Positions 1 to 8,223 of a stretch of DNA of 64,000 bases are shown piece by piece (within the stretch, counting starts at the first letter, position 1; each line of letters opens with the position of its first letter). The stretch is from an uncultured Oscillospiraceae bacterium (GTDB lineage Bacteria; Bacillota; Clostridia; Oscillospirales; Oscillospiraceae), in contig CAYWAP010000005.1 in assembly GCA_964456525.1 (NCBI GenBank), forward strand, positions 963 to 64,962. Direction: 5' to 3'. Under the pieces are notes generated by a model. That model did not search any database, was not told where the DNA came from, and saw nothing but the letters and a program-made list of their open reading frames with translations. Both the position numbers and the translations under genes were made by a program.

Positions 1-202
1 TATGGCCGTGGAAAGCAGCTCATTTTCCCCGTTCAACTCTTCCGGGAAAGGCCAGCCGCTCACGCAATCCGTCCTATGATCAAGGACAGTCAAACCAACA
101 CCGCCGTTAGCAAATTCCAAGCATGACTATACCACACTCAGGGAAGAAATGCAACCCCAGAATTGTAAGGTTGCAAATATTTGAGAAACGTCGCTTTCTG
201 TC

Positions 203-231
203 TTGCCAACCGGCGTCCTGCGCGCTAAAAT
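203..231 (+). promoter_or_regulatory. sigma-A-type promoter for nudC
   Basis: TTGCCA-17bp-TAAAAT upstream of the ATG at 268. Confidence 0.6.
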
Positions 232-267
232 GTTTCTAGCCCATTTGTTCCTGTGAGGTGTCCGCCC

Positions 268-1107
268 ATGATTCAAGATATTGGAAATCACCACTTTGAT
301 CTCCACTACGTCCTTTGCGCCCCCAAAACAGAGGATGTGGTCTATCTGTTTCGCGGCCGGGAGATCCTCCTCCACGCAAACGGCGCCCTCCCCTGTTATG
401 GCGACTTGAAGGACATCCCCGGATTGCAGTTCATCCGTCTCTTTTCCATGGATGCCCGCCCCGGTTACCTGGCTCTGCCGGAGAGGGATTTTCCCGAACT
501 GTCTGGGGACTTTTCCTATGTCTCATACCGGGACTACCGCTACCATCAGACCATGGATCAGGTTCTCGCCTGCTACACAGCCATGCACCTGAACGGCTGG
601 TACCGCAGCAACCGGTTTTGCGGCCGGTGCGGCCATCCCATGCTTTTGGGGCAGAGGGAACGCAGTCTGGTTTGTCCCCACTGCGGCAATCTGGTGTTTC
701 CCCGTTTAAATCCGGCTGTGATTGTGGCCGTCACCGACGGCGAGCGGCTGCTCATGACCAAATACAGCGGACGCACACATCAGGTGCACCACTTCGTCCT
801 AGTGGCGGGTTTTGTGGAAATTGGCGAAACTGCCGAGCAGTGCGTGGCCCGTGAAGTCATGGAGGAAACGGGCATTCACGTCAAAAACATTCGCTACTAT
901 GGTTCCCAGCCCTGGGGCTGCGACGGCAATCTGACGCTGGGCTATTTTGCTGATCTGGACGGGGATGCCCATATCACGCTGGACAATTGGGAACTGTCCG
1001 ACGCTCACTGGTTTGAGCGCCAGAACGTCCCCGTCCCGGAGAATGACTTGGCCTCCATCACTGCGGATATGATTCGCGCCTTTGCGGAGGGCCGCGAACC
1101 GAAATAA
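268..1107 (+). CDS. nudC: NAD(+)/NADH diphosphatase (Nudix, NudC family)
   Basis: Zn ribbon CGRC...CPHC, Nudix box GFVEIGETAEQCVAREVMEETG, SQPW motif; ATG 268 follows GAGGTG. Confidence 0.9.
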   Translation: MIQDIGNHHFDLHYVLCAPKTEDVVYLFRGREILLHANGALPCYGDLKDIPGLQFIRLFSMDARPGYLALPERDFPELSGDFSYVSYRDYRYHQTMDQVLACYTAMHLNGWYRSNRFCGRCGHPMLLGQRERSLVCPHCGNLVFPRLNPAVIVAVTDGERLLMTKYSGRTHQVHHFVLVAGFVEIGETAEQCVAREVMEETGIHVKNIRYYGSQPWGCDGNLTLGYFADLDGDAHITLDNWELSDAHWFERQNVPVPENDLASITADMIRAFAEGREPK

Positions 1108-1191
1108 TCCCCGGCTTTACATATCAGGTGAACCTGGCACGCCAGACAGCAAAACAACATAGGCACATCTCAGCCAAAGGGGAGAAGGAAC

Positions 1192-1578
1192 ATGAACAGG
1201 GAGACATTTATCCGGTATGTTTCCGATGAGTACGGCGTCCGGGGGGAATTTCTGTGGGCAAAACACCCCCATTACTGCGTATTCCGGCACAAGAACAACC
1301 GCAAGTGGTTTGCGGCGGTGATGGATGTTCCCAGGAACAGGCTTGGATTGCAGGGCACGGAACTGCTGGATGTGGTCAACCTCAAGTGTAATCCTATTGT
1401 AATTGGATCCCTGAGAGGGGAGCGCGGCTTTTTCCCGGCCTATCACATGAACAAGTCGAACTGGATCACCGTTGCCCTGGACGGCAGTGTGCCGGATGAA
1501 CAGATCAAAACGCTGCTGGATATGAGCTATGATTTAACCGCAGCGAAACCAAAAAAGAAGCCCCATCCCTCTCCGTAA
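1192..1578 (+). CDS. MmcQ/YjbR family DNA-binding protein
   Basis: VFRH..NRKWFA, VNLKC, PAYHMNKSNWITV motifs. Confidence 0.85.
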   Translation: MNRETFIRYVSDEYGVRGEFLWAKHPHYCVFRHKNNRKWFAAVMDVPRNRLGLQGTELLDVVNLKCNPIVIGSLRGERGFFPAYHMNKSNWITVALDGSVPDEQIKTLLDMSYDLTAAKPKKKPHPSP

Positions 1579-1620
1579 ACACAGAGACTTCCAGTGCGCA
1601 GAGAGACAGGAAACATACTG

Positions 1621-1675
1621 AAAAAAAGTTGTCCAGCAAGACCATGTTGATCAAAAACATGGATGCTGGACAACT
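1621..1675 (-). terminator. long-stem intrinsic terminator of the minus-strand ispE transcript
   Basis: 12-bp perfect arms AGTTGTCCAGCA/TGCTGGACAACT plus 7-bp inner stem, followed by T7 on the minus strand. Confidence 0.65.
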
Positions 1676-1790
1676 CACTGATAATGGTATTCCAATATGA
1701 TTCACTTTCCGTCGGAGGCCGAAACGGCACTTCCTGGAAAAACGCTTTGCGCTGTCCGGGGTGCGCACGCTCCCACAACAGCTATGATCT

Positions 1791-2672
1791 TCAAAGCCCG
1801 CGGCGGCATGCCTGCACAGGCTCCACCAGAAAGGTCTCCTTATGGGCCGCTTTCAGGTGATCGGCCGCAGCTGCCGCCTCCTGCCGGTCCCGGAAGACGC
1901 CGAACACGGTGGAACCGGACCCCGTCATGCAGGCTCCCAAGGCGCCCCACTCGATCAGGGTCTCCCGAATCTCCCGAATGGCGCCGGCGCGCTGTCCGGG
2001 CAGGGCATCTTCAAAGACGTTGTACATACGCCGTGCAATCCCGGGCAGACACTGGCGCTCCAATGCGTCAAGCAAACCGGCTGTGTCCGGATGGCAGCGC
2101 ATTTTGACGCTGTCGATACGGCCATACAGTTCCGGCGTGGAAATGGCAAACTCCGGCTTACACATGACAATATGGCAGGGGGGAAGATCCGGGAGCCGTG
2201 TCACAACCTCTCCCCTGCCCTCCACCAGGGCAGTCCCTCCCAGGACGCAGTATGGCACGTCAGAGCCAACTTTCTCACCAATTTTTGCCAACTGCTCCAA
2301 CGTGAACCCCGTCTGAAACAGCTGATTTAGCCCCCGCAGAACCGCGGCGCCATCGCTGCTTCCGCCAGCTGTTCCGGCACAGACCGGAATATGCTTTTCC
2401 AGCTGGATGGAAAGGCCCCGCAGATCTACACCGGCGGCCTCTGCGAAGGCCTCCGCCGCGGCAAAGGCGATATTTTTCCGCCCCGTGGGCAAAAATCCCC
2501 AGTCGGTTGCAAGGCTGACGGACTTCCCATCGGTCAGCGTCAATGTGACCTGATCGCACAGGCTCACCGAAATCATCACCATGCGCAAATCATGGTAGCC
2601 GTCTTCCCGTTTTCCCAAAATATCCAGCGTCAGGTTCAGTTTGGCATACGCCGGTTCTATCCACTGTTTCAT
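1791..2672 (-). CDS. ispE: 4-diphosphocytidyl-2-C-methyl-D-erythritol kinase
   Basis: AYAKLNLTLDI, KHIPVCAGTAGGSSDGAA (GHMP), GSDVP, MTGSGSTVF. Confidence 0.95.
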   Translation of the reverse strand: MKQWIEPAYAKLNLTLDILGKREDGYHDLRMVMISVSLCDQVTLTLTDGKSVSLATDWGFLPTGRKNIAFAAAEAFAEAAGVDLRGLSIQLEKHIPVCAGTAGGSSDGAAVLRGLNQLFQTGFTLEQLAKIGEKVGSDVPYCVLGGTALVEGRGEVVTRLPDLPPCHIVMCKPEFAISTPELYGRIDSVKMRCHPDTAGLLDALERQCLPGIARRMYNVFEDALPGQRAGAIREIRETLIEWGALGACMTGSGSTVFGVFRDRQEAAAAADHLKAAHKETFLVEPVQACRRGL

Positions 2673-3949
2673 CTAATTTTTCGCGCCTCCAAGTAGAAAC
2701 GTTTATCCCGTGCCTCCCCCATGGAAAAGGTTTTTCGAGGCAACGCGCCGTCATGAACCACACTCATCAGCAGTTCATGCTTGTCCATAGCCGGTAAAAT
2801 AAAGCCTATGTTCCGGGGCTTTTTGCCCAATTCATGGACAATCTCCTCGCCGTGGACATAGTCCAGATAGCCGCCATGATCCAGCAAATACTTGTCCAGG
2901 AACCCCTGCAAGGTGCCAACAGCCAGCTGCGCCGCAGGATTGGGAACGGTGATGACCCCCTGTCCACCCTCCCAGATATAGGTAAAGCTGTGGCCCTCCC
3001 CCTCCCCATAGTGGGTGCCGGGGTAGTACTCAAGCAGCTCCCGCAGCACGTTTTCGGGATCCACAGAGAAACAAATCCGGTGAATGGCCTCAAGTTCCAG
3101 GGCGTCATCATGGAGGTTCACCAGCTCCACCAGGGCAAATCTGGCCGGATGATGATTCCAATCGTATTCGGGGTGATCCTGTTTCAGCTCCAGATAGAAA
3201 TCGCGGGCGGCGGCCAACGAGTGGTTGCCGTCCCCCACAGCATAGAGCATCACGGCCTCGTCCTTGGCCTGATAACGGTTCCGGAAGCGGTCAACATCTC
3301 CCAGTTCGTTCAGCCATGCGCACACGTCCGCTTTCTGCCGCTCGTTCAGCACATAGCCGGCAATATGGCCGCCGCCCTCCATCAGGTCAAACTCATAGAT
3401 CCGTTCCATATCCGCTTTTTCCCGCGCCAGATGCTCAATCACGCGCTTTTCCGGATCGTCGATCATCATCAAAACGTGGGACAGCTCCAATGGCGCTTCC
3501 CGGCGCACCGCCATCCGGGGCGGCACCCGGGACAAAACGGTGCCCTCCGTGGCACGAACCAGGTTGCTGGATCCCAGATTGTAGTCGTAACACTCCAGGT
3601 CAATCATGCCCACCAGACCGTGGCGCAGCCGGTGATTGCTCAGCTGGCGCTCCACATAGATTAAGGCATCCGGTATGACGCGGTAGAAATCCTCATCCAG
3701 GCTTTTCTGCATCGCCCCGCGAATTTTGGCGCGGCGTTCTGCCACATGGCCATCGCTCAGATAGACTTCTGGTAAAATCATGCGCAGCGTGGAGGCCTCA
3801 CCGCCCACATATTCCTCAACACGTCTCCAATATTCGATCTGAGACGTGTACTGATCACAGGCCACAACGCTCCACTTGCGCATATCGCAATTTTTAGGGA
3901 GCAGGACATCGGCGGGGTAAAAGCCGGGCCAATTCAGTTTTTGAATCAT
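2669..3949 (-). CDS. DUF1015 family protein
   Basis: WSVVACDQYTSQ, IRATEGT-like VRATEGT, AVGDGNHSLAAA, LPRKTFSMGEA; ATG 3949 after GGAGG. Confidence 0.8.
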   Translation of the reverse strand: MIQKLNWPGFYPADVLLPKNCDMRKWSVVACDQYTSQIEYWRRVEEYVGGEASTLRMILPEVYLSDGHVAERRAKIRGAMQKSLDEDFYRVIPDALIYVERQLSNHRLRHGLVGMIDLECYDYNLGSSNLVRATEGTVLSRVPPRMAVRREAPLELSHVLMMIDDPEKRVIEHLAREKADMERIYEFDLMEGGGHIAGYVLNERQKADVCAWLNELGDVDRFRNRYQAKDEAVMLYAVGDGNHSLAAARDFYLELKQDHPEYDWNHHPARFALVELVNLHDDALELEAIHRICFSVDPENVLRELLEYYPGTHYGEGEGHSFTYIWEGGQGVITVPNPAAQLAVGTLQGFLDKYLLDHGGYLDYVHGEEIVHELGKKPRNIGFILPAMDKHELLMSVVHDGALPRKTFSMGEARDKRFYLEARKIR

Positions 3950-3984
3950 TGTAACCCCTCCCGTTGACATTCGGGTTCCTTTGG

Positions 3985-5160
3985 TCAATCCCTCTTTAGG
4001 CCGTTCAGAAAACGGTTCATCCGCTTGAGGGCCTCATCCAGATCCCGCATCGAGGCGGCATAGCAGCAGCGGACAAAGCCTTCCCCGCCGGGGCCGAAAG
4101 CGCTGCCGGGAATGACCGCCACCTGCTCCGCTTTCAGGAGCTGGGTACAGAACTCGTCGGAGTTCATGCCGGTGGATTGGATGCTGGGGAACATATAAAA
4201 GGCCCCCTTCGGCTCAAAGCACTCCAATCCCATACTGCGGAAGCCTTCCAGCAAAAAGCGCCGGCGCCCATCATACTCTTCCTTCATCTCCGCAATGTCA
4301 GAGTCCCCATACGCCATCGCCTCAATGGCTGCGTACTGGCTCATGGTGGGTGCGGACATGATGCCGTACTGATGCAGTTTCACGATCTGGTCCATAATCG
4401 GTTCCGGCCCGCACAAATATCCCAGCCGCCAGCCCGTCATGGAATAGGCCTTGGAAAAACCGTTGACCACGATGGTGCGCTCGTACATATCCGGGATGCT
4501 GGCGATGGAGACGTGGCGGGGGCCGTAGGTCAGCTCCGCATAGATTTCATCGGAGATCACGAGGATATTGGTGCCCCGCAGGACCTGGGCAATGGCCTCC
4601 AAATCCTCCTTTTCCATAATCCCGCCGGTGGGATTACAGGGGTACGGGAGAATCAACGCCTTTGTTCTGGGCGTGATGGCGGCGCGCAGCTCCTCAGGGG
4701 TCAGGCGAAACTCATTTTCCACCTTGGTCTCCACATAGACAGGCTTTCCCATGCTCATGGAGCTCAGCGGAGCATAGCAGACAAAGGAGGGGGCGGGCAC
4801 GATGACCTCATCCCCCGGTTCAAGACAGCAGCGAAGGGCCAAATCAATGCCCTCACTGCCCCCAACCGTGACCACCACCTGCGTCACCGGATCATAGGTC
4901 AGGTCAAAGCGGCGAAGCATATAGGCACAGATCTGGCGGCGAAGCTCACTCAGGCCCTTATTGGGGGTGTATCTGGTAAATCCCTTTTCCAGAGAATAAA
5001 TGCCTGCGTCCCGAATATGCCAGGGGGTGACAAAATCCGGCTCCCCAACGCCAAGGGAGATCGCGTCGGGCATCTCCTCCAGCAGATCAAAAAACTTACG
5101 GATACCGGAAGGCGGGATGTCTTGAATCCGGCGATTCAATACTTGAGTATAGTCTATCAT
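3985..5160 (-). CDS. PLP-dependent aminotransferase class I/II (aspartate/alanine aminotransferase-like)
   Basis: LGVGEPDF, NPTG, SDEIY, GFSKAYSMTGWRLG (PLP lysine). Confidence 0.92.
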   Translation of the reverse strand: MIDYTQVLNRRIQDIPPSGIRKFFDLLEEMPDAISLGVGEPDFVTPWHIRDAGIYSLEKGFTRYTPNKGLSELRRQICAYMLRRFDLTYDPVTQVVVTVGGSEGIDLALRCCLEPGDEVIVPAPSFVCYAPLSSMSMGKPVYVETKVENEFRLTPEELRAAITPRTKALILPYPCNPTGGIMEKEDLEAIAQVLRGTNILVISDEIYAELTYGPRHVSIASIPDMYERTIVVNGFSKAYSMTGWRLGYLCGPEPIMDQIVKLHQYGIMSAPTMSQYAAIEAMAYGDSDIAEMKEEYDGRRRFLLEGFRSMGLECFEPKGAFYMFPSIQSTGMNSDEFCTQLLKAEQVAVIPGSAFGPGGEGFVRCCYAASMRDLDEALKRMNRFLNGLKRD

Positions 5161-5636
5161 ACGAAGTAAAAGCCCTCCTCCTGCACCGGCTGCTTCTTAT
5201 GGATCAGGTTATTGGATTTATACTTCTTGAGAATAAAATGGGTGGCGGTGCTCTTGACGGCCTCAATGGTGGACAGTTTCGTCGAGACAAAGCTGGCCAC
5301 CTCATTCAACGTCTTGCCGTGAACCACAACGGTCATATCAAAATCGCCACTCATCAGATAGCAGTCCTCGACCTCTTCGTATTGATAGATGCGCTCTGCC
5401 ACACGGTCAAAGCCGTCCCCACGCTGGGGTTCCACCTTGACCTCGATCAGCGCCGTGACGTCCTCCCGTTCCACGGCTTCCCAGTTAATCACCGCTTTAT
5501 AGCCCAGGATGATGTTTTCCTTTTCATATTCCTGAATGGCAGCCGCCACCTTTTCCTCCGTGGTGCCCGTCATAGCGGCCAATTGCTTTCTGGACAGTGT
5601 GCAATCGCTCTCCAGCAGATCCAGCAATTTATCCAT
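5157..5636 (-). CDS. Lrp/AsnC family transcriptional regulator
   Basis: N-terminal HTH, ILGYKAVINW, YLMSGDFD RAM domain; overlaps the aminotransferase start, a conserved Lrp-aminotransferase pair. Confidence 0.9.
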   Translation of the reverse strand: MDKLLDLLESDCTLSRKQLAAMTGTTEEKVAAAIQEYEKENIILGYKAVINWEAVEREDVTALIEVKVEPQRGDGFDRVAERIYQYEEVEDCYLMSGDFDMTVVVHGKTLNEVASFVSTKLSTIEAVKSTATHFILKKYKSNNLIHKKQPVQEEGFYFV

Positions 5637-5752
5637 AAAAATCCTCCTAATGATCCAATTATCGCAATTTAAAACAACATTCGCGCCCTTTTACCGGCAA
5701 ACAGTCCCTTTGCGCAAAGCGCCTTTGAAGTCAATCGGTTCTATTTCTCCCC

Positions 5753-5896
5753 TCAAAGGGCAAGGGCGTATATAAAGACCTGAGATGCCATCGTCAGCAC
5801 AAAAAAGGCGGCCAGGGCCAGCGCAACGCCCGCAACAACTTTCCGTCTAAAATCCCAGCCGCTGCTGTTTTTCTTCTTTTGATACATATGATTCAT
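5753..5896 (-). CDS. small (47 aa) single-pass membrane protein
   Basis: Basic N-terminus (YQKKKN...RRK) then hydrophobic VVAGVALALAAFFVLTMA; AGAGGG upstream; own promoter. Confidence 0.55.
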   Translation of the reverse strand: MNHMYQKKKNSSGWDFRRKVVAGVALALAAFFVLTMASQVFIYALAL

Positions 5897-6055
5897 ACAA
5901 TTCCCTCTGTGTTGGTATTTTACGCTTCTGTCATCCCAAGGGAGCGCACAGCGCTCGACTTTCCGAGCCAAAACGCGCCAATGGAGGCATCCACCAGCCT
6001 TTTTCTGTTACGAAAATACAGGATAGAAATCCCAGGCGTTGGACATGCCATTACT

Positions 6056-6084
6056 AGTATACCTTTCACACACACATCTGTCAA
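6056..6084 (-). promoter_or_regulatory. near-consensus sigma-A promoter
   Basis: minus strand TTGACA-17bp-TATACT. Confidence 0.8.
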
Positions 6085-6185
6085 TCTTTCACAATCCACT
6101 TTCTCAACCCTGTAGAAATGCATAAAAACACTGCACAGAATGCATCAATCACTCTGCGCAGTGGAAATTTCTATCTGATCTGCAT

Positions 6186-7277
6186 TCAGGTAATGCCTCG
6201 GGAAACGAGGTATTTCTTGACCATCAGCGCAACCTTAAAGGTAATGGCGTCGTCAAACTCGCGCAAATCCAACCCGGTCAGCTTCTTGATTTTTTCCAAA
6301 CGATAGACCAGGGTATTTCGATGTACAAACAGCTTGCGGGCCGTCTCGGACACATTCAGGTTGTTCTCAAAGAACTTGTTGATGGTGAAGAGCGTCTCCT
6401 GATCCAGCGCGTCAATCGGATTCTTTTTGAACACTTCCTCCAGGAACACCTCACACAACGTGATGGGCAGCTGATAGATCAGACGGCCAATCCCCAGGTT
6501 GTCGTAATTGATGATGCTGCGCTCTGTCTCAAAGACCTTTCCAACATCAATGGCCATCTGCGCCTCTTTATAGGAGCGGGCCAGATCCCGTATGTGCTCG
6601 GAAATGGTGCCAATTCCGATGACGACCTTTTGCATCAGCTCCGCCTGGATACTCTCCGCGATCTGCTGCGCGATCTTCACCAGATCTTTCCCCGTTGTGT
6701 CCTCCTGAATCTGCTTGACCAGAACCACTTCATTTTCGTTGATGGAGATCACAAAGTCGTTCTGCCGGTTGGGGAACATCGCCTGAACCGCATCCAACAG
6801 CGGCGCCGATTCCGTATTCTCCACCGGGCGAATCAGAAGGACAGCACGGGGCACATCAAAGGCAAAATGCAGCTCCTTGGCGCGCACATAGATGTCGCCC
6901 AGCATAATGTTGTCGGAGATAATATTCTTGACAAAGGTGGCCTTGTCGTACTTTTCCTCATAGTAGCTCTTTACGCCGTTCAGCGCAACCACCGCCATGT
7001 TGCAAATCAACTTGGCCTGTTCATCTGCCCCTTCCACAAAGACAGCATAATCGAACTGAGCGCTCCAGCCGTTTAAGGATTTAAATGTGCGGCCATCCAC
7101 AGCCAGCACACTCTCCCTCTCTCCGTTCAGGACTTCGACAACATCTGGCCAGGATTCCCCAATCAGAGGCAGATCGTTGCAAGCAATCACATTTCCTTCT
7201 ACATCGATGACGCCGATGGCACGATCCGTGCTCTCTTTCATCTGCAAAACAACGCTCTGAAACAGCCTGTTAGACAT
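6186..7277 (-). CDS. CdaR/PucR family transcriptional regulator
   Basis: C-terminal FFENNLNVSETARKLFVHRNTLVYRLEKIKKLTGLD HTH; GGDEF-like middle; N-terminal sensor. Confidence 0.88.
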   Translation of the reverse strand: MSNRLFQSVVLQMKESTDRAIGVIDVEGNVIACNDLPLIGESWPDVVEVLNGERESVLAVDGRTFKSLNGWSAQFDYAVFVEGADEQAKLICNMAVVALNGVKSYYEEKYDKATFVKNIISDNIMLGDIYVRAKELHFAFDVPRAVLLIRPVENTESAPLLDAVQAMFPNRQNDFVISINENEVVLVKQIQEDTTGKDLVKIAQQIAESIQAELMQKVVIGIGTISEHIRDLARSYKEAQMAIDVGKVFETERSIINYDNLGIGRLIYQLPITLCEVFLEEVFKKNPIDALDQETLFTINKFFENNLNVSETARKLFVHRNTLVYRLEKIKKLTGLDLREFDDAITFKVALMVKKYLVSRGIT

Positions 7278-7332
7278 TGCGCTGCACATCCTCTCCATAT
7301 TCCACAAAGTACTCTTTTTCTACTTGTGCCCT

Positions 7333-7361
7333 ATTATACTGTATTCTTTTTCCAATTTCAA
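7333..7361 (-). promoter_or_regulatory. sigma-A promoter for the cdaR-like gene
   Basis: minus strand TTGAAA-17bp-TATAAT. Confidence 0.7.
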
Positions 7362-7383
7362 TAGTTTTCTTCCAGTTTTTTGT

Positions 7384-8127
7384 TTATTTTGACGAACCCG
7401 GCCCGGCTGCTTCCACGCAGGCCAGGAGCCCCTCCCGTTCAGAGGGCAACAGGGGACGAAATTCCCCTTTTCCCAGATTGGGGTCCAGCTGAAGGGGGCC
7501 CATGGAAATCCGTTTTAGATAGGTCACCGGTTTTCCCCGCTCGGCCAGCATCCGTTTGACCTGATGAAACTTGCCCTCGCAAAGGGTCACAAGGCAGGTT
7601 CCCTCACCGGTTTTTTCCAGCCCCGCGCCCATGCATTTCGTCCCATCGGAGAGTGTCATCCCCTCTTCAAAGGCCGTTACATCCGCCTGATCGACCGTTC
7701 CATCGGTCTCCACATAATAGACCTTGTCAACATGGTATTTGGGGGAGAGCAGCCGGTGCGCCAGATGGCCGTCATTCGTCAAAAGCAGCAGCCCTTCCGC
7801 GTCCTTGTCCAGGCGCCCCACAGGCGCCAGCCCCTGCCGGCGCAGTTCCACGGGAAGCAAATCCAAAACGGTGGGCTGCTTTTTGTCCTCCGTTGCCGTC
7901 AGAACCCCTCCGGGCTTATGGAGCATCACGTAGGTATATTTTTGCCACGCTACCCGCTCCCCCGCCACTTGCAGCTCCAAGTGTTCCGTGTCAATCTGAC
8001 TCTCGGGGCGCTTGACCACCTGGCCGTTGACCCGGACAGCCCCTTTCCGAATGAGTGCCTTTGCCTCCTTGCGGCTCCAGCGGCCTGTACCGGCCAGCAG
8101 CTTGTCAAGGCGCAGCTGTTCCGCCAT
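7384..8127 (-). CDS. rsuA: rRNA pseudouridine synthase, RsuA family
   Basis: S4 domain RLDKLLA, catalytic PVGRLDKDAEGLLLLTNDG, EGKFHQVKRM. Confidence 0.85.
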   Translation of the reverse strand: MAEQLRLDKLLAGTGRWSRKEAKALIRKGAVRVNGQVVKRPESQIDTEHLELQVAGERVAWQKYTYVMLHKPGGVLTATEDKKQPTVLDLLPVELRRQGLAPVGRLDKDAEGLLLLTNDGHLAHRLLSPKYHVDKVYYVETDGTVDQADVTAFEEGMTLSDGTKCMGAGLEKTGEGTCLVTLCEGKFHQVKRMLAERGKPVTYLKRISMGPLQLDPNLGKGEFRPLLPSEREGLLACVEAAGPGSSK

Positions 8128-8223
8128 GGTTTTCCCCCGATTTCTTTCCTGAAAATGTGCCACAGGCCGTGCAAAGCCTGCGGCACATAATGAGATGATG
8201 CAGTTAACCGTTAAATGTGCGCT

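Noticed and set aside
1-126. Open minus-strand frame running off the left edge
   Set aside because: Only ~40 codons, with no SD or recognisable motif, so it cannot be supported.
5897-6049. raiA motif RNA, 6S RNA or SRP RNA
   Set aside because: The conserved cores I recall for these families are absent. The region is kept only as an unidentified structured leader.
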